DNA of 64,000 nucleotides from Candidatus Hikarchaeum yamanae (GCA_009889635.1 WTZQ01000002.1:167729-231728), one strand, 5' to 3'; shown: positions 48,643-58,356, counted from the first letter of the stretch. Program-made: numbers and translations. The notes: a model not told the origin generated them from the letters alone.

Positions 48643-49182
48643 TCAACTAAATTTCTCCAAATATAGTCCAATTCCTTTATTAATGGCTTCAATAGCCGAC
48701 GATTTACCTTCCCATCCTAATACCTTGACAGTCTTCCCCGGCTCAAGATTTTTATACGTTTTAAAGAATTCATCTATCTCATCTTGTATCTGCTTTGGGA
48801 TGTCTCCGATGTCTTCTATATGGTCAAAACGGGGATCATCTACTGGAACTGCTATCACCTTGTCATCTATTTCCCCACTGTCATCCATTTTCATCAATGC
48901 AACCGGTCGTGCACTAACGACACACCCTGGGAATGTATGATCTTCTACTAACACCAGTATGTCTAGTGGATCTTCATCTTCATACCAAGTTTTTGGAATA
49001 AATCCATAATCCCCTGGGTAGTGTACATTTGAGTGTAATACCCGATCAAGAAAAATGGCCGAAGAGTCCTTCTCGTATTCATATTTATTCCGCTCACCTT
49101 TGACACACTCTACCACTGCGTATACCTCTTCAGGTGGATTTTTCCCTATATCTAAGTCTTTCCATAGATTTCCCATGGTCAT
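48643..49182 (-). CDS. ppa: inorganic pyrophosphatase (family I)
   Basis: 179 aa. NKYEYE, YPGDYGFIP, EDEDPLDILVL and DDKVIAV motifs. Confidence 0.92.
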   Translation of the reverse strand: MTMGNLWKDLDIGKNPPEEVYAVVECVKGERNKYEYEKDSSAIFLDRVLHSNVHYPGDYGFIPKTWYEDEDPLDILVLVEDHTFPGCVVSARPVALMKMDDSGEIDDKVIAVPVDDPRFDHIEDIGDIPKQIQDEIDEFFKTYKNLEPGKTVKVLGWEGKSSAIEAINKGIGLYLEKFS

Positions 49183-49282
49183 TAGATATAGAAGCAGGCA
49201 AAAAGATGTTACTATACAATTTTTTGTTTAAACCACTACTTACTACCCGAATGTTAAAGTTATCTTAATTCCTACTCTAAAT

Positions 49283-50548
49283 GTGTCCCTCGATAAACAT
49301 CTCGAGGGTTTCGAACCCCCTTTGGAAGACAAACGTAAGAAACTCGCACAGGAAAAATCCTACGCCATCTTAAACCACATAAAAGATACACGGAAACTAT
49401 TCGATTCCTTTACACCGAAAAAGAACTTATTTGGGAGCACCTCACCATCTGTTTTCGTAGGGCGATCAAATTACCCCGATGTTTCGACAGGAATTCTTGC
49501 CCCATTGGATCCCGATTCCGATGCCTCTGATTTCGCCACCAGTAGTGACTGGTATCATAAAAATCTTCAAATTGAAGATATTCTTCAATACAGGATAGGA
49601 CTGCTTAACTCGAATCGATCAACTCCTGTCAATGTTTATGATGTTTGGAATGGGTTTGTAGGGGTACAACGGGAAGTAGCTATTTCTGCACGGCCTGTCG
49701 ATATAGAACTTTCACTAGTGAATAAACCAAAACTAGATTTTTCACCTAATAATATAACTGCAGCAATAGGATTCCAAGCAGATGTAGAATCTGCACGAAT
49801 CGTAGACAATCCTAAAGTTCCAAAACCTGTCGAAACAACCCTCTCCGACGACGACCTGGATGCCAGAGGTGCTATCTCCTTTCTCTATAAAAAGGGCATA
49901 GACGTCTATGATATCCATAGAATTTTTTCTGTCGGGGCCATTGGCCTACGCGACCAACGGCGTTTAGTTCCCACAAGATGGTCCATCACCGCAGTAGATG
50001 ATATGGTCGGTAAACTTTTGCATAAACAAGTACTCGCCCACCCCAACATCGATGGAGTCACCGTTTGGAGAAATAACTATATTGGGAATGCATATTGGAT
50101 TTTCTTGATCCCTGGAACTTGGGAATTTGAGTTAATAGAAATAAAGTCACCCGGTAGTATTTGGAATCCTAGTCAATCAAACCAAATTTGGATTTCTAGT
50201 GAATACGAAGGGTATGGAGGGCGGACTTCTTATGCAAAAGAAACTGCAGGTGCCTATTACGCCGCACGATTAGGAGTTCTAGAACACCTACTCTCAATAA
50301 AAAAACAATGTAAATGTCTCGTCATCAGGGAGGTTTCTGATGCCTATTGGGCTCCAGTTGGCGTTTGGCAAATCCGAGAGAGTATTAGAAATGCTTTCAA
50401 AGAAGAACCCTATCATTTCGATAATTTTCACACTGCACTAATTCAAATCTCGAATTCCCTCTCCCTCCCCATACATGATTTGAAATCTAAATCTACGATA
50501 CTAACTGGAATCCAGTCAAAACTAGCTGATTTCTCACCCACCTCTTAA
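49283..50548 (+). CDS. nreA: Nre family DNA repair protein (NreA-like)
   Basis: 421 aa, GTG start. LFGSTSPSVFVGRSNYPDV and RRLVPTRWSITAVDD are patterns I associate with archaeal NreA (DUF650/DUF651). Confidence 0.7.
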   Translation: MSLDKHLEGFEPPLEDKRKKLAQEKSYAILNHIKDTRKLFDSFTPKKNLFGSTSPSVFVGRSNYPDVSTGILAPLDPDSDASDFATSSDWYHKNLQIEDILQYRIGLLNSNRSTPVNVYDVWNGFVGVQREVAISARPVDIELSLVNKPKLDFSPNNITAAIGFQADVESARIVDNPKVPKPVETTLSDDDLDARGAISFLYKKGIDVYDIHRIFSVGAIGLRDQRRLVPTRWSITAVDDMVGKLLHKQVLAHPNIDGVTVWRNNYIGNAYWIFLIPGTWEFELIEIKSPGSIWNPSQSNQIWISSEYEGYGGRTSYAKETAGAYYAARLGVLEHLLSIKKQCKCLVIREVSDAYWAPVGVWQIRESIRNAFKEEPYHFDNFHTALIQISNSLSLPIHDLKSKSTILTGIQSKLADFSPTS

Positions 50549-50579
50549 CTCAGTTCAATTCAATTATTTATTTTCCATT

Positions 50580-50930
50580 TCATTCCGAAACTGAAATAGT
50601 CCCTTTCCCTATTTGCTTTTCGAGAATTTCCACAAACATCTGCCGCTTAGAGAAGTACGTTGTATCTACTTGCTCTAGTAAATCTTCCAATTTTCTTGCA
50701 CCATTAGGCGTCCTAATAAGTTCTTCCCCCTCCTTTCGCACAATTTCACTTTTCTCTTGTGGCCACGTCAATCTAGATGCGATTCTTTCGATAGGAGCCC
50801 CCTCTACTGTACCATCCACATCAAGTTTCATATCAACAAAACTAGATTCTTCTTCTATTTCCTCTTTGGTTTTCTTCTTAGTCATACTACTACAATTCTT
50901 GGCAAAACCATTAAATTCTTCGAGACTCAC
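50580..50930 (-). CDS. small hypothetical protein (possibly DUF5789/DUF2795-like)
   Basis: 116 aa. The probable true start is the internal Met (MTKKKTKEE...). The pattern LTWPQEKSEIV...IRTPNGARKLEDLLEQV resembles small haloarchaeal proteins. Weak call. Confidence 0.45.
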   Translation of the reverse strand: MSLEEFNGFAKNCSSMTKKKTKEEIEEESSFVDMKLDVDGTVEGAPIERIASRLTWPQEKSEIVRKEGEELIRTPNGARKLEDLLEQVDTTYFSKRQMFVEILEKQIGKGTISVSE

Positions 50931-51034
50931 TCGAGATACTTTTCTTCACAAAACCACATTCAAATTTTTAATTTCATTTCAGCCTTTCATTTCTACAGCA
51001 TCCTTTTGTTATCTGAACCCGAATAAAACACATT

Positions 51035-51682
51035 ATGACTAGTTTGGCAGAAGCCTATGATCGTACAGGTAAAAAAAGTCGAAAAAATCTTTACACCGGA
51101 ACTGCACTTTTCGCGACAGGTGGCATTCTAGTTATAGCCGGCATATTGTTTAGTACTACCAATATCCTGGTAGACCTAGATTTTGGCTATTTCGTCATAC
51201 GTAGAATCTCTGGTTTATTGGCAGGGTTGGGATTCCCTATATTTCTACTAGGTGTCTTTGCAGTTCTCCCTGCAACAGAATATCAGCGCGCTTCTGCCAT
51301 AGTTGGAGCTAGCATATCTGTTTTTGGAGTTCTACTTTTCTGGTATGCATATCCTTACAAATGGATAGGGGCAACTTCAAATCACATCACACTCTTCGTT
51401 GTCATAATCTACTTCTTGGGTTCCATCGTGATCCTCTGGTCTCTCTTCACGGCTGTAGTAAATTTCAAAACCAGAAACGATCCTGGTGGGACTGTAATTT
51501 TACAAAGAATAGTGAATGGAAAAACCCAACTTATAGAGGTCCCCGAATCTGCTATCAAGGTAGTCAAAAGTGGAACGCCAGAGGAAAAACAAGTTGGTAC
51601 TGTTGGAGTTTTTGGAAAACTATCTCCTACAACTCTAAACCCTGATACTCCCAACGAGGATGTGGACATAGATCGATTATAA
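51035..51682 (+). CDS. hypothetical membrane protein (4 TM plus soluble C-terminal tail)
   Basis: 215 aa with four hydrophobic segments, then an acidic tail of about 70 aa. No motif recognised. Confidence 0.55.
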   Translation: MTSLAEAYDRTGKKSRKNLYTGTALFATGGILVIAGILFSTTNILVDLDFGYFVIRRISGLLAGLGFPIFLLGVFAVLPATEYQRASAIVGASISVFGVLLFWYAYPYKWIGATSNHITLFVVIIYFLGSIVILWSLFTAVVNFKTRNDPGGTVILQRIVNGKTQLIEVPESAIKVVKSGTPEEKQVGTVGVFGKLSPTTLNPDTPNEDVDIDRL

Positions 51683-51756
51683 TTTTCTCACATAATCTTA
51701 ATTTATTCACCCTCTCCAAACCAAACTCATTTTACACCCAAACCCCAAACCCGGTC

Positions 51757-52635
51757 ATGGCAATCTGTCAAGTTTGTGGTCAAAACGAAGCCATTCCCTT
51801 CTCATGCCGAAATTGCGGCGGTGTTTTTTGTGGCCTCCATCGTCTCCCAGAAGCTCATAATTGTGATGGTCTTAAAAACTGGAATGATCCCCTTATGCCC
51901 TCTGAAAATAGCTATTCCTCTTCCTCTGATGTGCGAGGAATCTCTAAATTTTTGAATTTGATTTCTAACCGTTTCTTGACGTTCACACTCCCTTTCTTTC
52001 GTGGAAATTTAACCTATCTATTCCTAGCCTTAATGTGGATTACTTTAATACTACAATGGTCCGTAATCATAATTTTTGGAATCAATGCACATAATTCTAT
52101 TTTCACTGTTTCTACATACCATCCCGAATATGTTTGGACCTGGATTTTCTCTATTTTTGCCCATTCCCCTTCTTCATTTTCACACATCCTTTTCAACAGT
52201 ATAACCTTGTATTTCTTCGGTCCTAGTGTCGAACGATATATAGGTACTAAGAAATTTTTCTACCTTTTCATGCTTGGTGGTATACTCGCCGCACTGTCCC
52301 AGATGGGAGCTGGAATTTTGACAGCAACTCCTGGATTTGTACTTGGAGCTAGTGGGGCAATACTGGCTATTATGGGGTTCCTCACAGTGCTCAATCCCAA
52401 TCTCAAAGTACATCTTTATTTTTTGTTACCCCTCCCACTTTGGGTATTGACAATAGGCTTCGCAATTATCTCTGTGTCTCTTATTTCTGTAGGTGGAATT
52501 GGAGCTGGAGGAGTGGCCCAACTAGCCCACCTCGTTGGATTGCTAATTGGAATCGTATATGGCGAACGCTTCAAACGGAACAATCCTTCGAATTTCATTA
52601 GCCAAAGATCATTCAAACCAAAAATTGGTTTCTAG
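51757..52635 (+). CDS. rhomboid intramembrane serine protease with N-terminal AN1-type zinc finger
   Basis: 292 aa. CQVCGQNEAIPFSCRNCGGVFCGLHRLPEAHNC (AN1 ZnF), catalytic Ser in LGASGAILAIMG, catalytic His in AHLVGLLIG. Confidence 0.85.
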   Translation: MAICQVCGQNEAIPFSCRNCGGVFCGLHRLPEAHNCDGLKNWNDPLMPSENSYSSSSDVRGISKFLNLISNRFLTFTLPFFRGNLTYLFLALMWITLILQWSVIIIFGINAHNSIFTVSTYHPEYVWTWIFSIFAHSPSSFSHILFNSITLYFFGPSVERYIGTKKFFYLFMLGGILAALSQMGAGILTATPGFVLGASGAILAIMGFLTVLNPNLKVHLYFLLPLPLWVLTIGFAIISVSLISVGGIGAGGVAQLAHLVGLLIGIVYGERFKRNNPSNFISQRSFKPKIGF

Positions 52636-52961
52636 CTATCTTTCAAAAGCCCATCTATTTCCTCTTCCCATTCACTCATCAATGATTCATAAGCTGTGTC
52701 TATATCTATCTCCAACTCTGCCAACTTTTTTATGTGTTCCCGATACCGAATATCATTTGAATTAGCTCCATATGCAAGCATATATTTCACTCTACGATGC
52801 ACGCCTATGACATGTTGGATCGCAAAAATACCGTCGGGAATTTCCTCTCCACACACTTTACAGGAAACATGAGGGTGTTCCTTAATTTGATGACGAAGTA
52901 ATCCTTCTATCGTTCCAAAATGGATTTCGCATTCTGCGATTCCACAAATCCATTCTGCCAT
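52632..52961 (-). CDS. small C2H2-type zinc-finger protein
   Basis: 109 aa. CGIAECEIHF...LLRHQIKEH followed by CKVCGEEI...HVIGVH gives two C-x2-4-C...H-x3-5-H units. Confidence 0.6.
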   Translation of the reverse strand: MAEWICGIAECEIHFGTIEGLLRHQIKEHPHVSCKVCGEEIPDGIFAIQHVIGVHRRVKYMLAYGANSNDIRYREHIKKLAELEIDIDTAYESLMSEWEEEIDGLLKDS

Positions 52962-52980
52962 CGCCTCTCTCTCCCCTCTC

Positions 52981-53493
52981 TTAACGATCTCCCGAATCTA
53001 AGACCCTTATTTGATCTCCCCTGACTGTAACCGGAATTGGAACAGTTGCTTCATAAAGTTCCACAGTCACCTGATCTTTAGCCTCATCTATCCTTTGAAC
53101 TTGTGCCCTTTCACCTTTAAATGGCCCTGCGACCAACTCAATTATATCTCCTTCTGCAATCCCTTCTACATCCGATTTAGGTGTGAGGAAATGTCCAATT
53201 TCTTCAATTGAACTCTCCCCCTTTATTATTGTTCTCGCATGTGGAATTTCTTCAATTATCAATCCAATCGCATCGGGTTCATCTGACTCTACCATTACAT
53301 AACTTGTTAGTGAATCCGGGGAAAGAATAGAATGTATTGCAGGGTGCTCCTTTCTGGCTATCATATCTGACACCGCTTGTTCTTGACTAGCTGTAGTTTT
53401 AATGGCATATATTTTTGATATACTCTGCTCACTATCCATTATGCTTTCTCCTCCAACTTGCTCCTTCCTTGGTTCATTTTCATCTATAGACAT
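52981..53493 (-). CDS. spt5: transcription elongation factor Spt5 (NusG)
   Basis: NGN domain IYAIKTTASQEQAVSDMI and KOW motif GPFKGERAQVQRID. Candidate starts are ATG 53493 (5 nt after the secE stop), ATG 53439 (152 aa) or GTG 53502. Confidence 0.9.
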   Translation of the reverse strand: MSIDENEPRKEQVGGESIMDSEQSISKIYAIKTTASQEQAVSDMIARKEHPAIHSILSPDSLTSYVMVESDEPDAIGLIIEEIPHARTIIKGESSIEEIGHFLTPKSDVEGIAEGDIIELVAGPFKGERAQVQRIDEAKDQVTVELYEATVPIPVTVRGDQIRVLDSGDR

Positions 53494-53498
53494 TTTTA

Positions 53499-53666
53499 TC
53501 ACTTCGGGATCAATTTCATTATTCCAAATATTATGAACCCTATGCCCCCTACCACTAGAATCCCTATCCCTGCAATCTTAGAAATTTGTATAAATTCCTC
53601 TTTAGTAGGGACGCTAGATAGTTTTATTAGGCGCAAATACGAGGCCAGATCACGTGGGACATCCAT
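53499..53666 (-). CDS. secE: preprotein translocase subunit SecE / Sec61-gamma
   Basis: 55 aa, so below the ORF-track cutoff. Translated by hand codon by codon: MDVPRDLASYLRLIKLSSVPTKEEFIQISKIAGIGILVVGGIGFIIFGIMKLIPK. It has a single C-terminal TM and the conserved ftsZ-secE-spt5 position. Confidence 0.85.
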   Translation of the reverse strand: MDVPRDLASYLRLIKLSSVPTKEEFIQISKIAGIGILVVGGIGFIIFGIMKLIPK

Positions 53667-53708
53667 AATTTAATCTATATTCTCCTTTATTTCTACTTTT
53701 CCTATTCT

Positions 53709-54824
53709 TCACTCAACGTAATCTATTTTACCAATTCTGCTTTCTTCTCTTTGTCTAGCCGCATCCATCCTTCCATATATCTGTGGTGATTGAACTCCCG
53801 TAACCACTATCATGGTTCGTATTCTTCCTTCAAGCTCATCATCAACAGAGGTCCCCCATATGATTCTTGCATCTGGATCAATCCGTTCGTAAATTTCTTC
53901 TACCACACCTTCTGCTTCTTCGATCGACATATCTGGCCCACCTGTAACGTTTATCAACGCTGCATTTGCTGTTGAAATATCTACATCTAACATGGGGGAT
54001 TTCAAAGCTTCTTTCACCGAATCTTGAGCCTTATTTTCTGAATCCGACTCTCCCAATCCGATCATTGCAACCCCTCCTCTTTCCATAACCGTTCTGACAT
54101 CTGCAAAGTCTAGATTAACAAGCCCGGGTTTTGTAATCAATTCTGTTATCCCTTTCACCGACCGCATAAGTGCCCTATCTGCAGCTTTAAATGCCTCTTT
54201 TACAGGTAGCTTCCCCACAACTTCAAGTAATCGATCGTTCGGAACAACAATTACTGTGTCTGCTACATCTCGTAATCTCTCGAGCCCTGCATTTGCATTT
54301 ACCCTTCTGACTTCTCCCTCAGCTGTAAATGGTGTTGTCACAATTGCAATTGTCAAAGCACCTATGTCTCGAGCGGCTTTCGCAACCACCGGCGCGGACC
54401 CCGTGCCAGTTCCCCCTCCCAATCCTGCTGTGACAAATACCATGTCGGACCCTTTCATAACTTCAAGTATCTCATCTTTACTTTCAAGAGCAGCTTCTTC
54501 TCCAATTTGTGGTAAAGACCCCGCACCCCTGCCCTTTGTTCTATTCCTCCCTATCAATATCTTAGTGTCCGCATTCACCTTGACCAAATGCTGAACATCT
54601 GTATTGGCAGCTATTAGATTTGCCCCATGAATTCCCTCTTCAGACATCCTATTGACTGTGTTGTTTCCTCCCCCTCCACATCCAAAAACTGTGATGTTCG
54701 TTTGTAAATCTTCCAAAATTTCAAGGAGCTGTTCATCCGTCATTAGCCCATCTCTTGATGGCACCTCTTCAAGAGCTACATTTTCTTCTGCTTCTTCGAT
54801 CACATCTTCAGCGGTAAATTCCAT
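53709..54824 (-). CDS. ftsZ: cell division GTPase FtsZ (FtsZ1-type by position upstream of secE-spt5)
   Basis: 371 aa. [10 protein letters not shown], tubulin signature [21 protein letters not shown]. Confidence 0.95.
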   Translation of the reverse strand: MEFTAEDVIEEAEENVALEEVPSRDGLMTDEQLLEILEDLQTNITVFGCGGGGNNTVNRMSEEGIHGANLIAANTDVQHLVKVNADTKILIGRNRTKGRGAGSLPQIGEEAALESKDEILEVMKGSDMVFVTAGLGGGTGTGSAPVVAKAARDIGALTIAIVTTPFTAEGEVRRVNANAGLERLRDVADTVIVVPNDRLLEVVGKLPVKEAFKAADRALMRSVKGITELITKPGLVNLDFADVRTVMERGGVAMIGLGESDSENKAQDSVKEALKSPMLDVDISTANAALINVTGGPDMSIEEAEGVVEEIYERIDPDARIIWGTSVDDELEGRIRTMIVVTGVQSPQIYGRMDAARQREESRIGKIDYVE

Positions 54825-54934
54825 TTACGTGTATATTATGTACTCAAGCTCATTAGTGTTACTTTTATACACCCTGTTAAAATAGTCACTTTTCCCCCAT
54901 CTTGTTAATTCATCTCATCCGGTATACTGTACTA

Positions 54935-56302
54935 TTAACTTAACTTGTATCTCTTATTTTTTACTTCTTGTACTTCTTCTGGATCCAACATCTTACCCTT
55001 CACCTCCACAGATTTTCCCGATGCCAACTCTCCAAATTTTGGCCCCTCTTCCACTCCTAAAATCCGTGCTTTCTCTGGACTAAATACCAACTCTTCAACA
55101 AAAATCTCGCTCCCCTTTCGAGAAACATGATTATATCTTTGCTCTAATATGTGACAAAATTCTTCTATTATGTCTTCATATGCTTGCCGAGCCCGTACTG
55201 CTACTTTTCCCTTAACCAGACTTCCATTTTCAACGGTCTCGAATGCAATTGTATTCCTCAATATCACTTCTCTCACCCTTTTTGAACTTATAACTTGAAC
55301 ATCCTTCAGCAGCGATTGATCCAATTCTCTAATTTCCACTCGATCCGACCTAACTCTCCCAAAACGTAATCCTTCTTCAATAGTTGACATGGAGATTTCC
55401 ATGCGCGAAACAACCTCTAGTCCCACTCCCGTTGTTTCTCTCACCCATTTTTCACTAACTATTTCATATCCTTCTTGTTTTATTATTTTTTCCAATTCTA
55501 AATTTTTATCTACTATGATGCATCTATTTGACCCACTTTTATCGAATATGTTCCTTATCATCTCCGAATTAATTTCTCCCATATCTTCCAAACACCAGTC
55601 GGCAGCAACATGCCCAATCGCCCAATCTGTATCTCTCATAATCCTCTCGAATCGTGGCATATAATGTCCCCCTCCAAAACCCACAATAGTCTTTTCACAA
55701 TTAGATTTCTCCCCTTTGATACTCATAATTGATTTCGCGACCGACTCCGCAGCTTCTACATCCACCCATTCTTTTTCTGAACTCCCTATCTCTACAAACA
55801 TTGAAGGAACATTGACATCCGACGGGCCATGATGTGTACATTCGATACCCACTTCATAATTTTCGGGGGCATATTTTCTAAGTGCATCAACAACGGCTTT
55901 ATGCAAATTTGGGCATGCCATTGATAACTCTCTAGGTTTACCTCCAAATTTTGCTTCCCCAAAATTCCCCGTATAGTGAGCTGTCAGTAAAGCCCCGGTT
56001 TCTCCCACATGTCTAGAAACAAATATGATGCATTCCACGGTACCAAAGGCCAATCCAACCTCTTCAAGTTGAATATGCAGTCCTTCAAATTCTCTGAGTT
56101 CAAACCCATCTGTACAGTAATATTCTCCTCCTCCTTCTGTATCAATTCGACTCGAATCTATTTTTTGTACCCATTTTCCTATCTTCAATATTTCCTCCCC
56201 AATTAGAACTGAGACAGAATCCGACCGGCTCACAACAATGCCTATCACAGTAACCCATGGGTCCTCGTTCGAATAAAACCAATCGGTGATAATTCCCACC
56301 AA
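54935..56302 (-). CDS. dtdA: D-aminoacyl-tRNA deacylase, archaeal DTD2 type with C-terminal extension
   Basis: 455 aa. IGIVVSRSDSVS at the N-terminus, THHGPS and GFGGGHYMPRF motifs recalled from the archaeal DtdA family. A likely alternative start is GTG 56248. Confidence 0.6.
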   Translation of the reverse strand: MVGIITDWFYSNEDPWVTVIGIVVSRSDSVSVLIGEEILKIGKWVQKIDSSRIDTEGGGEYYCTDGFELREFEGLHIQLEEVGLAFGTVECIIFVSRHVGETGALLTAHYTGNFGEAKFGGKPRELSMACPNLHKAVVDALRKYAPENYEVGIECTHHGPSDVNVPSMFVEIGSSEKEWVDVEAAESVAKSIMSIKGEKSNCEKTIVGFGGGHYMPRFERIMRDTDWAIGHVAADWCLEDMGEINSEMIRNIFDKSGSNRCIIVDKNLELEKIIKQEGYEIVSEKWVRETTGVGLEVVSRMEISMSTIEEGLRFGRVRSDRVEIRELDQSLLKDVQVISSKRVREVILRNTIAFETVENGSLVKGKVAVRARQAYEDIIEEFCHILEQRYNHVSRKGSEIFVEELVFSPEKARILGVEEGPKFGELASGKSVEVKGKMLDPEEVQEVKNKRYKLS

Positions 56303-56358
56303 TTCTTCTCTCTGTTGAATACAGTAACCCTTTAGTAATCCTTCTAATAATTTTATAT

Positions 56359-57510
56359 ATGAGTGAACTTTTTTCTATTTCTTCCACTTTACTGAATATA
56401 TCCACACTAGTCGTTTCGTTCATCGCACTTCTCCTAGGCGCTGCAATATTCACCAATGGAATTGAATGGGTAGGCCATAAAACCAACATCTCTGAAAGTG
56501 CAACTGGAAGTATTCTGGCAGCAGTTGGAACTGCGCTCCCTGAAACCATGATACCTGTTATTGCTATCTACACTGTATGGAGAACTGGTGGGGCAAGTTC
56601 TGCAGATGAGATTGGGGTGGGTGCCATTTTGGGTGCTCCTTTCATGTTGGCTACCATCGCCATGTTTCTCATAGGTTGCAGTTTGATATATTTCAAACCC
56701 AGGAGATCTTCTGGACTAAAATTAAAAATCTACTCCTCCTCAACGAAGAGGGACCTATCCTTTTTTATCATCGCATATTCTCTAGCAATAATCGCCGCAC
56801 TTGTCCCTTGGAGAACTTTGTCCTTACTCATAGCTTTCAGTTTAGTGGCGCTTTATTTATTTTATCTCCAACGCACCCTTTCTAGTGGCATTGCAATTGA
56901 AGCAGAATCTCTCGAGAATCTACAAGTTGGTGTTGTACTTGACAAACTAGCACAGATAGTACCCATCCTCGCCGCGAAAAAAACCCGAGCTTCTGATCCC
57001 ACCACTCCGTTGGTCATTTTCCAGGCACTATTCGCACTCGGAATCATCATTGCAGGTGCCCACCTTTTCATTCATGCGGTAGAGTGGCTTTCTTACGATG
57101 TGCTAAATCTTCCTCTCGCAGTAATTGCTCTTCTTCTTGCTCCTTTGGCAACTGAACTCCCTGAGAAATTTAACAGCATAATATGGATATCTCGTGACAA
57201 GGACGTTTTGGCTCTAGGAAATATCACTGGGGCATTGGTATTTCAATCAACTCTTCCCGTAACACTTGGGATCATTTTCACATCATGGGATCTTTCTTTT
57301 GCCTGGGGCACTGTTGGATTCTTAAATGCAATTTCTGCTGTATTCGCAATTTTGGGTGCTTCTATCCTTTACATCCGTGCTAGATATTCCACAGACGAGA
57401 CCCTGGGTAATCTCCCATTTTTGATTGGTGGGGTATTATATCTCCTATTCATCATCTTGTTGGTTTATCATGTAGGAAACTTCGATTTGACTGTAACTAG
57501 CCATGGTTAG
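56359..57510 (+). CDS. Ca2+/cation antiporter (CaCA) family membrane protein
   Basis: 383 aa. Two alpha-repeat signatures, GTALPETM and ATELPEKF, and about 10 TM. Confidence 0.75.
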   Translation: MSELFSISSTLLNISTLVVSFIALLLGAAIFTNGIEWVGHKTNISESATGSILAAVGTALPETMIPVIAIYTVWRTGGASSADEIGVGAILGAPFMLATIAMFLIGCSLIYFKPRRSSGLKLKIYSSSTKRDLSFFIIAYSLAIIAALVPWRTLSLLIAFSLVALYLFYLQRTLSSGIAIEAESLENLQVGVVLDKLAQIVPILAAKKTRASDPTTPLVIFQALFALGIIIAGAHLFIHAVEWLSYDVLNLPLAVIALLLAPLATELPEKFNSIIWISRDKDVLALGNITGALVFQSTLPVTLGIIFTSWDLSFAWGTVGFLNAISAVFAILGASILYIRARYSTDETLGNLPFLIGGVLYLLFIILLVYHVGNFDLTVTSHG

Positions 57511-57555
57511 TCCTAAAGAGAATTTATGTATCCTGAGATCTGTAATTAATCTATA

Positions 57556-58356
57556 ATGCAGATCTTTGGTCTATTGGGAAATCCTATAGGCCACTCTCTA
57601 TCTCCTGTAATGCATCAAGCAGCATATTCCCATCTGCTCATGGATGCTAAATATATCGCAATGGAACCCGAAGTTTCTGATCTCGAGGAAATTATAACTG
57701 AAGCTCCTCAAAATGGGATCTCTGGGTTAAATGTCACTATACCTTTTAAACAAGATGTCTTACCCCACGTCCAACCCAACAAACTAGCAAAAAGAATTGG
57801 AGCTGTCAACACAATTGACTTCTCTGGAAAAAAGCCAATTGGATACAATACCGATGTTGCCGGTGCCCGTAGATCATTTGAACACCACGATGTTAGTTTA
57901 TCTGGAAAAAATTCTGTTGTTCTTGGAGCGGGGGGAGCTGGCCGCGCATTGGCCTTCATGCTATCTGACGAAGGATCTGATGTTTCCATTGTTAACCGAA
58001 CTGAAAGCAAAGCACGTTCTCTATCCGAATCTGTACCCAATTCAACTGGATATGGATTATCTAGTTTACCTGAGTTGCTCCCCGAAGCCGATATAATTGT
58101 CAACACAACTAGCGTTGGCATGAAAACTGATATCTCTCTCATACCTGAAACTTTCCTCCACTCCGATCTTGTCGTAATGGATGCTGTTTATCGCCCTCTC
58201 CAAACCAGATTACTCCGAGAAGCAAAAGATTCTGGTGCACTTACTATCGACGGCGCCTGGATGCTTTTGTACCAAGGAGTAGAGGCCTTTGAAATTTGGA
58301 CTGGTAAAAAAGCCCCTGTGAGTGTAATGAATAAAGCAGTACGCTCTCAACTGTAG
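57556..58356 (+). CDS. aroE: shikimate dehydrogenase
   Basis: 266 aa. GNPIGHSLSPVMHQAAY, NVTIPFK, GAGGAGRA. Confidence 0.9.
   Translation: MQIFGLLGNPIGHSLSPVMHQAAYSHLLMDAKYIAMEPEVSDLEEIITEAPQNGISGLNVTIPFKQDVLPHVQPNKLAKRIGAVNTIDFSGKKPIGYNTDVAGARRSFEHHDVSLSGKNSVVLGAGGAGRALAFMLSDEGSDVSIVNRTESKARSLSESVPNSTGYGLSSLPELLPEADIIVNTTSVGMKTDISLIPETFLHSDLVVMDAVYRPLQTRLLREAKDSGALTIDGAWMLLYQGVEAFEIWTGKKAPVSVMNKAVRSQL

Noticed and set aside
54825-54934. Candidate C/D-box sRNA in the ftsZ upstream spacer (GATGAGATGAA on the minus strand).
   Set aside because: There is no canonical RUGAUGA / CUGA box pair with terminal stem. The region fits an ftsZ promoter with TATA-like elements.
56142-56549. A 135-aa minus-strand ORF bridging the dtdA / CaCA divergent promoter.
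   Set aside because: It overlaps the 5' ends of two well-supported divergent genes and the promoter spacer. Its composition is not protein-like.
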